Part shown: positions 36,149-46,645 of the stretch, piece after piece
Numbering within the stretch: the stretch's first letter is position 1
How the letters are laid out: each line of letters begins with the position of its first letter
Assembly (NCBI GenBank): GCA_965219085.1
Contig: OZ244720.1
Span: 2,368,001-2,432,000 of the forward strand
Length of the DNA stretch: 64,000 nt
DNA from: Dehalococcoidia bacterium
GTDB taxonomy: Bacteria > Chloroflexota > Dehalococcoidia > UBA2979
Direction of reading: 5' to 3'
Made by a program: the position numbers and the translations under genes
Notes under the pieces: model-generated
The model's input: the letters and a program-made list of their open reading frames with translations, nothing else
The model's database searches: none
Told to the model about the DNA's origin: nothing

Positions 36149-39100
36149 CTACCGACGCGCCCCGGCGAGTTGCCTCCGCACCAGCCGCGCGTACAGCCCG
36201 TCCCGCGCGGCGAGCTCCTCGTGCTGCCCGATCTCGACCACTCGCCCCTCGTCCAGCACGACGATCTGGTCGGCGTCGCGGACCGTCGACAGGCGATGCG
36301 CGATCACCAGCGTCGTGCGGTCCGACATCAGTTCGTCCAGCGCATCGCGGACCAGTCGCTCGTTCAGTCCGTCGAGGTGTGACGTGGCCTCGTCCAGGAT
36401 CAGGACGGGGGCGTCCTTCAGCAGCGCGCGCCCGATGGCGACCCGCTGTCGCTGCCCGCCGGAGAGCTGCGCCCCGCGCTCGCCCACCGGCGTGCCGAGC
36501 CCGTCCGGCAGCGACTCGATGAAGTCGGCGAGGCCGGCGCGCTCGATCGCGAGCATGAGCTCGTCCTCGCCCGCGTCGGGTTTGGCGACGCGGAGGTTGT
36601 CGCGGATCGAGGCGTTGAACAGGTACGTGTCCTGCGCTACGAGCGCCACCTGGCCGCGCAGCTCGTCGAGGCGGTAGCTGCGCAAGTCCGCGTCCTCGAG
36701 CGTGATCGTGCCGTCCTGCGGGTCCCAGAAGCGCAGCATGAGATGCGCCGCCGTCGTCTTGCCCGCGCCCGAGGGGCCGACGAGCGCCACCGTGCCGCCC
36801 GGCTTGAGGTCGAACGACACCGCATCGAGCGCCGCGCGCGGTGTGTCCTCGTAGGCGAAACCGACGCGAGCAAACGCGCCTTCCGAGACCCCGCCACCGA
36901 CACCGCCATCGCCGCGCACCGCTGCTCCGGGCCCGTCGAGGACGGCCACGTGCTCGCTGTGTACCGCGGTGAGGCGTCGCGTCGCGCCGAGGGTGTCGCC
37001 GAGGCGACGCCCCACCTGCGCCAGCTCCGCGACGGGCATGAACGCGCCCATCGCGAGCAGCGTCAGCATCGGGGCGAGCGACGAGTCGACCTCGCCGCGT
37101 ACGGCGAGCGCCCCGCCGATCGTGAGCACGGCCAGGCCGCCGAACCCGGTGAGGCCCTCGAGCAGCGTCCGCTGCGTGGAGATCTGGCGGTTGAACCCGG
37201 CCCGCACCGGCCGGTAGGCGCGCATCAACCCCTCGAACTCGGTCTTGCGCTCGGGCTCGCGCTGGAACGCGGTGACCTCGCGCAGTCCCTGCAGCGTGTC
37301 GACCATGTGCGCGTTCAGTGCGCCGAGGTGGTCCCTCGAACGCGAGCCGAGCCGGTCCACGATGCGGCGCGTGAACAGCGGGCTCAGTCCCGCCACCACC
37401 AGCAGCGGCGCGAGACCCAGCCCGAGCCGCCAGTCGACGACGAACAGGGTGATCAGCGCCGCGCCGGGCACGACGAGGCTCACGAACGCGTTGGCGATGG
37501 TGTGCGCGAAGAAGTACTCGACCGTCTCCACGTCCTGCGTCGCCATCGACACCAGGTCGCCTGTGCGCCGTCGCAGCAGGTAGGCCGGCGCAAGTTGGTC
37601 GAGCTTGCGGTAGAGGTCGATGCGCATGTCGGCGAGCAGGCGGAACGCCATGTCGTGCGAGACCCAGTTCTCGAGGAACCGGAATACGCCGGTCAGCGCC
37701 GCGACGAGCATCAGCAGCACGGCGAGCAGGCCGATCGATTCTCCGTCGCGCACGTTCGCGACCATGAGCGCACCGATCACGCCCACGGCGATCGACCCCA
37801 GGAAGTACGCCACGCCCGTCACGAAGGTGAGGGTCGTCTTCAGCCAGTAGGGGGCGGCGAGGCCGAGCAGTCGCGCCAAGGTCTCGCGCCATCCCATGCC
37901 CTCGGCGCGGATGATCGCCTCCGTCGGCCCGCCGGCGTCCTCGCGCGTGGTCAGCGCGCTCGTCTCGCCGATGGCCGCGGCAGGCTCCGGCGCGGGAGCG
38001 CCCGCGGCCCACTCGTCTAGGCTGGAGTCGGTCATCTGGCCCGCCATCAGCCAGTCGTAGACCCCGCCCTGCTGCAGCAACGTGTCGTGATCGCCGCGCT
38101 CCACGAGCCGGCCGTCGTCCAGCACGAGGATCTCGTCGCAGGCGCGCACGCTGGACAGGCGATGCGCCATGATCAGCGTCGTCCGCCCCTGCATGAGCGC
38201 GTCGAGCGCCGTCTGGATCGTCGCCTCGTTCTCCGCGTCCACGCTCGACAGCGCCTCGTCCAGGATCAGGATCGGCGCGTCCCGCAGCAGCGCGCGGGCG
38301 ATCGCGATACGCTGCCGCTCGCCGCCCGACAGGCGGTGGCCGCGTTCGCCGATCACCGTCGAGTAGCCCTCGGGCAGGTTGGTGATGAACTCGTGCGCGT
38401 TCGCCGCGCGCGCCGCCCCGCGGATCTCGTCGTCCGCCGCGTCGGGCTTCGCGAAGCGCAGGTTCGCGAGCACCGAGCCGTGGAACAGGTACGTGTCCTG
38501 CAGCACGACCGCCATCTGCGCGCGGATATCCTCGAACCGCAGGTCGTTGAGGTCGTGGCCGCCGAGGCGGATCGTACCCTCCTGCGGCGTGTAGAGCCGC
38601 TGCAACAGCCACACCAGCGTCGACTTGCCGGAGCCGGAGCGCCCGACCACGCCGATGCGGCGGCCGGGCTCGACGGTGAACGAGACCCCGCTCAGCGCCG
38701 GACGCCGCCCGGTCGGGTAGCTGAACGTGACGTTGTCGAACTCGATGCCCGGCTCGAGGTCGGGGACCGGTGGGGCGTCGGTGTCCGGCGTCAGCGGCTT
38801 CGCCCGGTCGATGTCGAGCACGCTCTCGGCCGCGGCCACGCCGAGCAGTCCCTGGTGGAATAGCTGGCTCAGCTCGCGCAGCGGACGGAACACCTCGACG
38901 CCGAGCATGAGCACGACGAGCAGCTCGGCCAGCTCCATCGCGCCGCTCTCGACCCGCAGCGCCCCCACGAGCAGCGCCACGGCCGCTCCCACGGTGATGG
39001 CGAGGATGGTGAGGCCCTGCGCGATGGCGTTGTTCACCAGCACGCCCATCGTCGAGCGGAACACCTCGTGCGCCCGCTGCGCCAGCGCCTCCCCGCGTCG

Positions 39101-39745
39101 GCCGCTCTGGCCGAACGCCTTGAGCGTGGCCAGCCCCTGCACGGAGTCGAGGAAGTCCGCCGCGAAGGAGCCGTAGGCGTCGCGCCGCCGCAGTGACGCC
39201 TCGGCGTTGCGCTGCTTCAGCAGCGACGGGACGAACAGCGTGGCGAGTGCGAAGGCGAGGTAGACCGCCGCCACCGGCAGGTCGAGCCAGCCCATGAAGA
39301 CGAAGATCCCCAGCGGCGCGACCGTCGCGACGATCAGCTGCGGCAGGTACTGCCCGAAGAATGTCTCGAGTAGCTCGACACCCTCGATGACCCCGACGGT
39401 CACGTCGCCGGTGCGCTGACGGTCGAAGTGCGCCGGTCCCAGTCGCGCCACCTGGTCGAAGAGCCGCTGGCGCAGCGCGAACTGCACCTCGAGCGCGGTG
39501 CCGTTGGCGATCTCCTCTTTGACGTAGTGCGCCACAGACGTCGCCACGACGGCCGCCGCCGCGGCGACGATCAGCGGCGTCAGCTCGGCGAGACCGTCGC
39601 CCTCGAAGATGCGTGCGCCGATCCAGCCCAGCAGGGCCAGCCGCGCGACCCCCGCGGCAACCGCGAAGAGCCCCACCGCAACCGCGAGGGCGATCCGCCC
39701 GCGCACACCCTGCGTGAAGCGCCACAGCTCCCGGGAGAAGGTCAT
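36149..39745 (-). CDS. fused full-length ABC exporter-fold protein (TMD-NBD-TMD-NBD; CydDC/IrtAB-like)
   Basis: Two NBDs (GRSGSGKS/LSGGERQR; GPSGAGKT/LSGGQRQR); QYLPQ and DSVQGLATLKAFG CydD-like motifs. Confidence 0.9.
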   Translation of the reverse strand: MTFSRELWRFTQGVRGRIALAVAVGLFAVAAGVARLALLGWIGARIFEGDGLAELTPLIVAAAAAVVATSVAHYVKEEIANGTALEVQFALRQRLFDQVARLGPAHFDRQRTGDVTVGVIEGVELLETFFGQYLPQLIVATVAPLGIFVFMGWLDLPVAAVYLAFALATLFVPSLLKQRNAEASLRRRDAYGSFAADFLDSVQGLATLKAFGQSGRRGEALAQRAHEVFRSTMGVLVNNAIAQGLTILAITVGAAVALLVGALRVESGAMELAELLVVLMLGVEVFRPLRELSQLFHQGLLGVAAAESVLDIDRAKPLTPDTDAPPVPDLEPGIEFDNVTFSYPTGRRPALSGVSFTVEPGRRIGVVGRSGSGKSTLVWLLQRLYTPQEGTIRLGGHDLNDLRFEDIRAQMAVVLQDTYLFHGSVLANLRFAKPDAADDEIRGAARAANAHEFITNLPEGYSTVIGERGHRLSGGERQRIAIARALLRDAPILILDEALSSVDAENEATIQTALDALMQGRTTLIMAHRLSSVRACDEILVLDDGRLVERGDHDTLLQQGGVYDWLMAGQMTDSSLDEWAAGAPAPEPAAAIGETSALTTREDAGGPTEAIIRAEGMGWRETLARLLGLAAPYWLKTTLTFVTGVAYFLGSIAVGVIGALMVANVRDGESIGLLAVLLMLVAALTGVFRFLENWVSHDMAFRLLADMRIDLYRKLDQLAPAYLLRRRTGDLVSMATQDVETVEYFFAHTIANAFVSLVVPGAALITLFVVDWRLGLGLAPLLVVAGLSPLFTRRIVDRLGSRSRDHLGALNAHMVDTLQGLREVTAFQREPERKTEFEGLMRAYRPVRAGFNRQISTQRTLLEGLTGFGGLAVLTIGGALAVRGEVDSSLAPMLTLLAMGAFMPVAELAQVGRRLGDTLGATRRLTAVHSEHVAVLDGPGAAVRGDGGVGGGVSEGAFARVGFAYEDTPRAALDAVSFDLKPGGTVALVGPSGAGKTTAAHLMLRFWDPQDGTITLEDADLRSYRLDELRGQVALVAQDTYLFNASIRDNLRVAKPDAGEDELMLAIERAGLADFIESLPDGLGTPVGERGAQLSGGQRQRVAIGRALLKDAPVLILDEATSHLDGLNERLVRDALDELMSDRTTLVIAHRLSTVRDADQIVVLDEGRVVEIGQHEELAARDGLYARLVRRQLAGARR

Positions 39746-39997
39746 CGAATCATCCTTGTCGCCACCGAGGGCGTCTCGGCGCAGGTGCCATGCGGGGGGT
39801 GCCCACGCGAACGGGTGCACTGTGTCACAGACGTTTCAGTCGTCCCAGAGCCCCGCGCCGCGATGCCGACCCGGATGAGCGTCAGGGGCGCGCTTCCCGA
39901 GCCTGATCGGAGCGTGGCGTCGCGCTATCGTGTGCGCGCGGTCGCACGGGCCGCGGCGACCCGGCTCCAGCACGCGACCACCAGACGGGATGGCCCC

Positions 39998-40414
39998 ATG
40001 GCGCTCAGCATCTACCTGAACTTCAACGGCAACTGCCACGAGGCGTTCGACTTCTACCGCTCCGTGTTCGGCGGGGAGTTCGACAACATCCGGACCTTTG
40101 GCGACGGGCCTGACGACTTCCTCGTCCCGGAGGACGAGCGCGACCATGTCATGCACGTCTCGCTGCCCGTCGGCGGGAGCGTGTTGATGGGGAGCGACAC
40201 CCCGTCGTGGTCTCCGGAGCCCACGGAGGCCGGGAACAACTTCGCGATCTCCTACGCCCCGAGCACCCGCGACGAGGCGGACCGCCTGTTCGCCCGCATC
40301 TCGGAGGGCGGGACGGTGACGATGCCGCTCGAGGACATGTTCTGGGGCGCGTACTTCGGCAGCTGCACCGATCGCTTCGGCATCAACTGGCAGCTCAACT
40401 GCGAGCCCGAGTAG
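39998..40414 (+). CDS. VOC/PhnB family protein
   Basis: YLNFNGNCHEAFDFY, VMH, MGSD, FWGAYFG..TDRFGINW. Confidence 0.9.
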   Translation: MALSIYLNFNGNCHEAFDFYRSVFGGEFDNIRTFGDGPDDFLVPEDERDHVMHVSLPVGGSVLMGSDTPSWSPEPTEAGNNFAISYAPSTRDEADRLFARISEGGTVTMPLEDMFWGAYFGSCTDRFGINWQLNCEPE

Positions 40415-40610
40415 CCCGCCGGTGCCCACGCCCGGACGAGTTGCGACCGGGTCCGTGGCGTCGCCGCGAACAGCCCGGCGTGGAGGATCTGGCGTCGCTT
40501 CCACGTATTCTACACGTGGTAGCCGACGGATTTAGCGAGACCCGAACTCGCTGAGCGGGTAGACTGCCGTGACAGACGCGCAACGCGCGCGATCGGGAGA
40601 GGGCAAGCGC

Positions 40611-41264
40611 ATGCTGCGGTTCGCGGAAGAGATCATCCTGCTCTTGCTCGGTGACGAAGACGGCAGGTTCGCGCACACGCGCAGCTGGACGCTGGACTAC
40701 GCCCTGGCCGGCGCGGTCCTGATGGATCTCGCGATGGAGGATCGTATCGACACGGACCTCGAGAACCTGATCATGCTCGACGCCACCCCCCTCGGCGACG
40801 ATCTGCTCGACCCGACGCTACGGGTTATCTCGGCGGGCGGACAGCAGGACATCCGCTACTGGGTGGAGCAGACCGCGCAGCGCTCGGCCGACATCCGCGA
40901 GGTCTCGCTGGCGCGGCTGGTTGAGCGCGGCATCCTGGAGGCCCGCGACGACCGCCACCTCTGGGTGTTCCGCTCGCGGCGCTACCCGGCCGTCGACGGT
41001 ACGGCGGAGCGCGAGGTGAAGCTGCGCATCATGGGCGTGCTGTTCAGCGACGAGATCCCGAGCCCGCGCGACGTGATGATCATCGCCCTTGCCGAGGCGT
41101 GCGGCATCTTCAGCGACCTGCTCTCCCGGCAGGAGCTGGAGCGCGCGGCCCCGCGCATCGAGCAGGTTCGCAAGCTGGATCTCATCGGGCAGGCCATGAC
41201 GCGGGCGATCCTGGACATCGAGCTGTCCGTGGCGGCCTCCGTCCAGGCCCGGATGTACTACTAG
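40611..41264 (+). CDS. GPP34/GOLPH3-like protein
   Basis: EEIILLLL..E.G, LAGAVLMDLA...RI, GDDLLD, RLVERGIL, RRYP. Confidence 0.8.
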   Translation: MLRFAEEIILLLLGDEDGRFAHTRSWTLDYALAGAVLMDLAMEDRIDTDLENLIMLDATPLGDDLLDPTLRVISAGGQQDIRYWVEQTAQRSADIREVSLARLVERGILEARDDRHLWVFRSRRYPAVDGTAEREVKLRIMGVLFSDEIPSPRDVMIIALAEACGIFSDLLSRQELERAAPRIEQVRKLDLIGQAMTRAILDIELSVAASVQARMYY

Positions 41265-41372
41265 GCGCCCCTACCACTAGGCACCACGCTCGCTCCACGC
41301 CGCCACAGCTCGGAGGCACCGACGGCTACCGTCGACGCCCCTCTTGTTGGCACGACTGTCTGTGCACGACGT

Positions 41373-41404
41373 ACGGCGGCAGCGCCGAAGCGTGCTGCCG
41401 CCGT
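41373..41404. terminator. hairpin between convergent GPP34 and HU genes
   Basis: ACGGCGGCAGC...GCTGCCGCCGT 11-bp stem. Confidence 0.5.
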
Positions 41405-41427
41405 CGAGCCGTGCAGTCGGCGCGTGA

Positions 41428-41721
41428 CTAGGCCGGTGCAGGCTCCTTGCCGGCCACGATCGCCTTGAGCTTCGAACTCGCCGTGAACTTCGGCGCGCTC
41501 GACGGCGGTACGACCACCGACTCGCCGGTGCGCGGGTTGCGCGCCATGCGCTCGCCACGCTCCACGCGGCTGAACTTACCGAGGCCCGGGTAGGACACTT
41601 CGGTACCCTCGCTCACGGATGCGGCGACGACATCGCGAAACCCGTTGAGGACGCGCTCGGTCTCAGCGTTGCTCGCCCCTGACTTCGCGGCGACCTCCGC
41701 GATCAAGTCTGCTTTGTTCAC
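41428..41721 (-). CDS. HU family DNA-binding protein
   Basis: NKADLIAEVA, GLGKF, RMARNPRTGE, PKFTA. Confidence 0.93.
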   Translation of the reverse strand: MNKADLIAEVAAKSGASNAETERVLNGFRDVVAASVSEGTEVSYPGLGKFSRVERGERMARNPRTGESVVVPPSSAPKFTASSKLKAIVAGKEPAPA

Positions 41722-41893
41722 TGGTCATCCCTTCTAGCCACGCCGGGCTACCCCGGACAGGAAAAGATTACGCGCATATGCGCATTGATGGCTAGTCCCC
41801 CCAACGAAAAAAGTAGTGGCGCCCCACCGGCGATCCCCGGGGACGTCGCTGGCCGGCTCGCGGACCGGCCCGGCTCGGCGGCCGGGTACAGCA

Positions 41894-41921
41894 AACGGCC
41901 CCGGCATGGGCCGGGGCCGTT
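41894..41921 (-). terminator. intrinsic terminator after acyl-CoA dehydrogenase
   Basis: AACGGCCCCGGC-ATGG-GCCGGGGCCGTT perfect 12-bp stem. Confidence 0.65.
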
Positions 41922-41952
41922 GTGCGTGCTGCGAGCGCCGTGCGGCGTCGGG

Positions 41953-43179
41953 CTAGCTGCGAGGCAGCCCGAGGCCGCGCGTGGCGATGATGTTGCGCTG
42001 GATCTCGCTGCTGCCGCCGGCGATCGTCATCGGGATCGCGTCGACGTAGCCGTGCGTGAAGCGCGCCCGCATCGGCGCCAGCTCGGCCTCCGGGTCCCAG
42101 AGGTTGGCGTAGAGCCCGAAGACGCGGGTGCCGGTACGCTGCAGCTTCTGCATCGTCTCGGTGCCGAACATCTTCACCATCGAGGACTCGTAGTTCGGGA
42201 TCAGGCCCGCGCCCTGCATCGAGGCGACGCGCAGCGAGAGGTTCGCCGCGACCTCGGTGGCGACCCACGCGTCAGCCAGGTCGCCGCGCACGGTCGGGAT
42301 CTCGAGCCGGTGGCGGCCCGCGCCCTCGTCGGTCTTGACGTACGCCATCAGCCGCTCCATCGACTCGCGGTCGTTGACCGCGCTGTCGACCGAGGAGCGC
42401 TCGTAGTCGAGCAGGGTCATGCCGACGTACCAGCCGCGGTTTTCCTCGCCCACGACGTTCTGGGCGGGGACGCGCACGTCCTCGAAGAAGGTCTCGTTGA
42501 AGATGTGCTTCCACGACATGCTGATCAGCGGCCGCACCGTCAGGCCCGGCGAGTGGATGTCGTCGAACAGCAGGAACGAGATGCCGCGGTGCTTCGGTGC
42601 GTCCGGGTCGGTGCGCACGAGCGCGAACAGCTTGTCCGCGAACTGCGCGCCGGAGGTCCAGATCTTCTGGCCGTTGACGACGAACTCGTCGCCGTCGCGC
42701 ATGGCGCGGGTCTGCAGGCCGGCGAGGTCGGAGCCGGCGCCCGGCTCGGAGTAGCCCTGCGCCCACGACACCTCACCGGAGAGGATGCCCGGCAGGTACG
42801 ACGCCTTCTGCTCATCGGTGCCATGCACGATCAGCGTCGGGCCGAGCAGCGAGACGCCACCGCCACCGACGGACGGGGCCGCGGCCTTCGCCAGCTCCTC
42901 CTTGAAGATGTACTGCTCCCACGTGCTCAGGCCCGCGCCGCCGTACTCCTTGGGCCAGTGCGGAGCGACCCAGCCGCGGTCGGCGAGGGCGCGCGACCAG
43001 TCCTGGGCGGCGTTGCGGCGCGTGGGGTCGTCCGACTTGCGGTCGGCCGACCAGCCCTCCTCGAACATCGCGCCGCCCTTGGCGGCGACTTCCTGGTAGT
43101 GGGGCGGGAGGCCGTCACGGATGACTGCCTGCACCTCGGCGCGGAAGGCGGCTTGCTCTGTGCTGTCTGCCCAGTCCAT
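41953..43179 (-). CDS. acyl-CoA dehydrogenase
   Basis: QGYSEPGAGSDL, NGQKIWTS, IAGGSSEIQRNIIA. Confidence 0.93.
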   Translation of the reverse strand: MDWADSTEQAAFRAEVQAVIRDGLPPHYQEVAAKGGAMFEEGWSADRKSDDPTRRNAAQDWSRALADRGWVAPHWPKEYGGAGLSTWEQYIFKEELAKAAAPSVGGGGVSLLGPTLIVHGTDEQKASYLPGILSGEVSWAQGYSEPGAGSDLAGLQTRAMRDGDEFVVNGQKIWTSGAQFADKLFALVRTDPDAPKHRGISFLLFDDIHSPGLTVRPLISMSWKHIFNETFFEDVRVPAQNVVGEENRGWYVGMTLLDYERSSVDSAVNDRESMERLMAYVKTDEGAGRHRLEIPTVRGDLADAWVATEVAANLSLRVASMQGAGLIPNYESSMVKMFGTETMQKLQRTGTRVFGLYANLWDPEAELAPMRARFTHGYVDAIPMTIAGGSSEIQRNIIATRGLGLPRS

Positions 43180-43246
43180 CGTTCTTCCTCGGTTTCTCAT
43201 CAGCGTCCCGGCGATCCGGCCGGGACGCGCCCTATTCTACGTGTTA

Positions 43247-43402
43247 CGTCGCGCCTCGTGGGCGCGGCCTAGTCGGTGCCGCCCGCGGCGCGCAACTCCG
43301 CGATCTCCTCGTCGTTGTATGCGGTCCGCCGTCGCGCCTCGTGGGCGCGGCCTAGTCGGTGCCGCCCGCGGCGCGCAACTCCGCGATCTCCTCGTCGTTG
43401 TA
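43247..43402. repeat. 73-bp perfect direct repeat separated by 10 nt
   Basis: 43247-43319 is identical to 43330-43402; covers the CoA-transferase 3' end. Confidence 0.9.
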
Positions 43403-44628
43403 GCCGTGCTCGCGCAGGATCTCGTCCGTGTGCCGAGGGTCGGCGAGGGCATGTTGGAGCCCGTCGGCGTCTTCGACATCTGGACGATCGGCCCGACCAT
43501 GCGCTCCGGCCCCGTCAGCTCGTGGTCCAGGTCCACCATGTAGCCCATGGCCTCGACCTGCGGGTCGTCCGCCATCTCCTCGGGGTGGTTGACCTTCGAG
43601 GCCGGCGCGCCGACGGTGTCGAACGCCGCGATCCACTCGTCCATCGTCTTCGTGAGCATGACGTTGCGGACGCGCTCCAGCATCTCCTCGGCGACGGCGT
43701 TGTTCGCGGGGTCGAGCGCGTTGAACTCGGGGTCGGCGGTCGGGTCGTCCTCGACGCCGAGCGCGCGCCGGAACTGGTCGCGGTTGGCCGGCGTCAGCGC
43801 GCCGAGGATGACGGCGCCGTCCTTGACGCTGTAGCCGCCGTAGTAGAGCCGGAAGGCCTTGCCCAGCATGTCGAATATGCTGCCCTTGGCGGCGAGCTGC
43901 TCCTGGTAGCTGGCGCCGGCCTCACGCGCGTCGCTCAGGCGCGCCATGGCGGGGTCGGTCACCATCGCGTCGAACACCGGCAGCTGGCTCACGGAGCCGC
44001 TGGCGAGGTTGAGCCCCGCCGCGAGCAACGAGCTCGCGATGTGCTGCCCCTCGCCGGTGCGCTCCCGGTGGAAGAGCGCCGCCACCACGCCGAGCGCCGC
44101 TCCCAGCCCGGCGTGGTAGTCGCCCGGCGCCGTCGCGGTGATCATCTCCGGCGCGCCGTACTCGTCGACCTTGCCGTCGGCCGCCATCAACCCGCTGTAC
44201 GCCTGCGCGATGATGTCCGAACCGGAGCGCGCCGCGCCCGGCCCCCGGTCGCCGTAGCCGCTGTTCTCGATGTAGACGAGGTCCGGACGGTATTGCGTGA
44301 GCGTGTCGTAGTCGACGTTTAGCCGCTGCGGCACGCCCGGCCGCGAGTTGATCAGGAACACGTCGAAGTCCGCGATGAGGCGGTGGACGGCGGCCTGGCC
44401 GGCCGCGTTGCCGAGGTCCAGCACCAGGCTGCGCTTGCCGCGGTTGAGCGTGTGGTAGGCCTTGCTCTCGCCTGGCACGAACTCGCCCAGCACCCGTAGG
44501 CCCTCGCCCCCCGGCGGCTCGCACTTCACCACGTCGGCGCCGAGGTCCGCGAGCGTCTGGCCGGCGTACGGCCCGGCCACGATCTGCGATACCTCGAACA
44601 CCTTGACCCCCGCGAGCGGTCCCGGCAT
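43352..44628 (-). CDS. CaiB/BaiF class III CoA-transferase, frameshifted near the 3' end
   Basis: PLAGVKV, LADLGADVVK, NRGKRS; conserved tail HTDEILREHGY...LRAAG* lies in a different frame after ~43432. Confidence 0.85.
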
Positions 44629-44823
44629 GCCACACCTCGATTCTTCGGGCGTTCGTTGTCCCGAAGGATGTATAGCCCGGATTGATCCGCGCGTGAAGGG
44701 CTGCGGGTCGTTCCCGGGGCCGGGTGACCCTGGTTTCTCTCGACGGGATGCGCCGATGCGCTATGTCGTTCGCTATATTGCAGGTGGCAGGACGGATACG
44801 CCTGCCGCACAGAGGGGGAAGCG

Positions 44824-46077
44824 ATGACGAAGGCGGTAAACAACCTCCGGGGCAAGTACGCGGTCGTCGGCGTCGGCGAGACCGAGTTCTCGCGCAACTC
44901 GGGACGCACGACGCGGCGCATGGGCGTCGAGGCGATCCGCAACGCGGTCCACGACTCGGGGCTGGACTGGGACTCCACCAGCTGGGGGATGATGGCGTAC
45001 GGCAGTAACGACCGCGCCTTCTCGGACCAGATCGCGCAGGACCTCGGCATCCAGCTCGACTACCACGTCGACATCTTCGGCGGCGGCAACTCCACCGAGA
45101 CGATGATCGGTGCGGCGATTGGCGCGCTCGAGGGGGGCCTCGCTGACGCGTTCATCCTCTACCGCACCATGAATGGCTACACCGAGGCGCGCATCGGCGG
45201 CACGCCCGTCGGCGAGGCGCCTCCGCCGATGTTCCCGACGGTGCACGCCAACAGCATGATCCACCAGGGCATCTACGGCGTGGGCAGTGCGCTGCAGATG
45301 TTCGGGCTCTCGTTCGTGCGCCACATGTGGGAGTACGGCACGACGCTCGAGCAGCTCGCGCACGTCAAGGTGGCGCACAGCATCGGCGCGTCGAACAACC
45401 CGAAGGCCTACTACAAGACCCGCTACACGGTGGACGACGTGCTCAACAGCCGCCTCATCGTGTGGCCGTTCGGGCTGCTGCACTGCTGCGTCGAGACCGA
45501 CAACGCCACGGCGATCGTCATCACCGACATCGAGCGGGCGCGATCGCTGCAACATGCGCCGGCGACGATCCTCGGCACGGCCGGACGCACTCACAAGTAC
45601 GGGCCGGAGTACCACTGGGGCTACGGGCCGATCAACCGCCACGCGGGCATCTTCGGCCGCGAGATCCTGTGGCCGAACTCCGGGGTGCAGCCGCAAGAGG
45701 TCGACATCACCGGGTCGTACGACGCGTTCACGTTCACCGCGCTCTTCCAGCTGGAGGCCTACGGCTTCTGCGACTTCGGGGAGGGTGGCGACTACGTCTC
45801 GAACGGCACGATCGAGCTCGGCGGCGCAAGACCCAACAACCCGTCGGGCGGCCACCTCTGCGAGGGCTATACGCACGGCATGAACATGGTCGTCGAGAAC
45901 GTGCGCCAGCTGCGCGGCACCGTCGACGACTACTGCCCGAACTGGGCGGACGGCGAGCACTCTCACGACTACAGCGAGGGGCATTGCCGCCAGGTCGAGA
46001 ACGCGCAGATCACGGCCAACCTCGGCTGGGGCATGCCGTCGCAGGGCTCCGCGCTCGTGATGACCAACCAGGTCTAG
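44824..46077 (+). CDS. SCP-x thiolase-like protein (Ltp2-type)
   Basis: VVGVGET, CCVETDNA, YDAFT, NPSGGHLCEGYTHG, VRQLRG. Confidence 0.85.
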   Translation: MTKAVNNLRGKYAVVGVGETEFSRNSGRTTRRMGVEAIRNAVHDSGLDWDSTSWGMMAYGSNDRAFSDQIAQDLGIQLDYHVDIFGGGNSTETMIGAAIGALEGGLADAFILYRTMNGYTEARIGGTPVGEAPPPMFPTVHANSMIHQGIYGVGSALQMFGLSFVRHMWEYGTTLEQLAHVKVAHSIGASNNPKAYYKTRYTVDDVLNSRLIVWPFGLLHCCVETDNATAIVITDIERARSLQHAPATILGTAGRTHKYGPEYHWGYGPINRHAGIFGREILWPNSGVQPQEVDITGSYDAFTFTALFQLEAYGFCDFGEGGDYVSNGTIELGGARPNNPSGGHLCEGYTHGMNMVVENVRQLRGTVDDYCPNWADGEHSHDYSEGHCRQVENAQITANLGWGMPSQGSALVMTNQV

Positions 46078-46123
46078 CGAGCCTCGAAGCGAACACCGCG
46101 CGAAGGAGAGACGGAGACCAACG

Positions 46124-46633
46124 ATGGCTTCATACCTGGGCGCCGGCGTATTCGTGCCGGAGAACGACCAGCCACACCGCGAGTACCTGGAGATGCAGGC
46201 GACGGGCCAGCTCCACGTGCAGAAGTGCTCGGATTGCGGGCACCTGCGCTACCCGGTGATGACCGCCTGCCCCGACTGCCGCTCGCTCGACTCGGAGTGG
46301 GAGGCGCTGTCGGGCAAGGGCGCGATCTACTCGTACTACATGGTGCCGCACCCGATTAACCCGGCATTCCGCGAGTTCGTGCCGTATATCGTCGCGCTCA
46401 TCGAGCTCGACGAGGCGCGCGAGGAGTACGGCGCGGGGCGAGCGCTGCGGCTGATCGGCAACGTGGTCACGGCGGACGGTAGCTCCGAGGACCTCAACAA
46501 CATCGCGATCGGCAAGCGCGTGCAGGTCACGATGGTGGACCTCGGCGACGGCTGGGCGCTGCCGCAGTGGCAGCTCTCGGACGAGCCGCCGGAGCACGAG
46601 CCCTGGCAAGCGCCGGGGCCGGCGTTCCCGTAG
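46124..46633 (+). CDS. DUF35 Zn-ribbon/OB-fold protein
   Basis: QKCSDCG...CPDC, GAIYSY, PYIVALIELDE. Confidence 0.88.
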   Translation: MASYLGAGVFVPENDQPHREYLEMQATGQLHVQKCSDCGHLRYPVMTACPDCRSLDSEWEALSGKGAIYSYYMVPHPINPAFREFVPYIVALIELDEAREEYGAGRALRLIGNVVTADGSSEDLNNIAIGKRVQVTMVDLGDGWALPQWQLSDEPPEHEPWQAPGPAFP

Positions 46634-46645
46634 GCCGGGGCATCG

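Noticed and set aside
36069-39725. 1218-aa Arg/Gly-rich ORF
   Set aside because: Alternative frame of the ABC transporter; composition typical of GC-rich off-frames.
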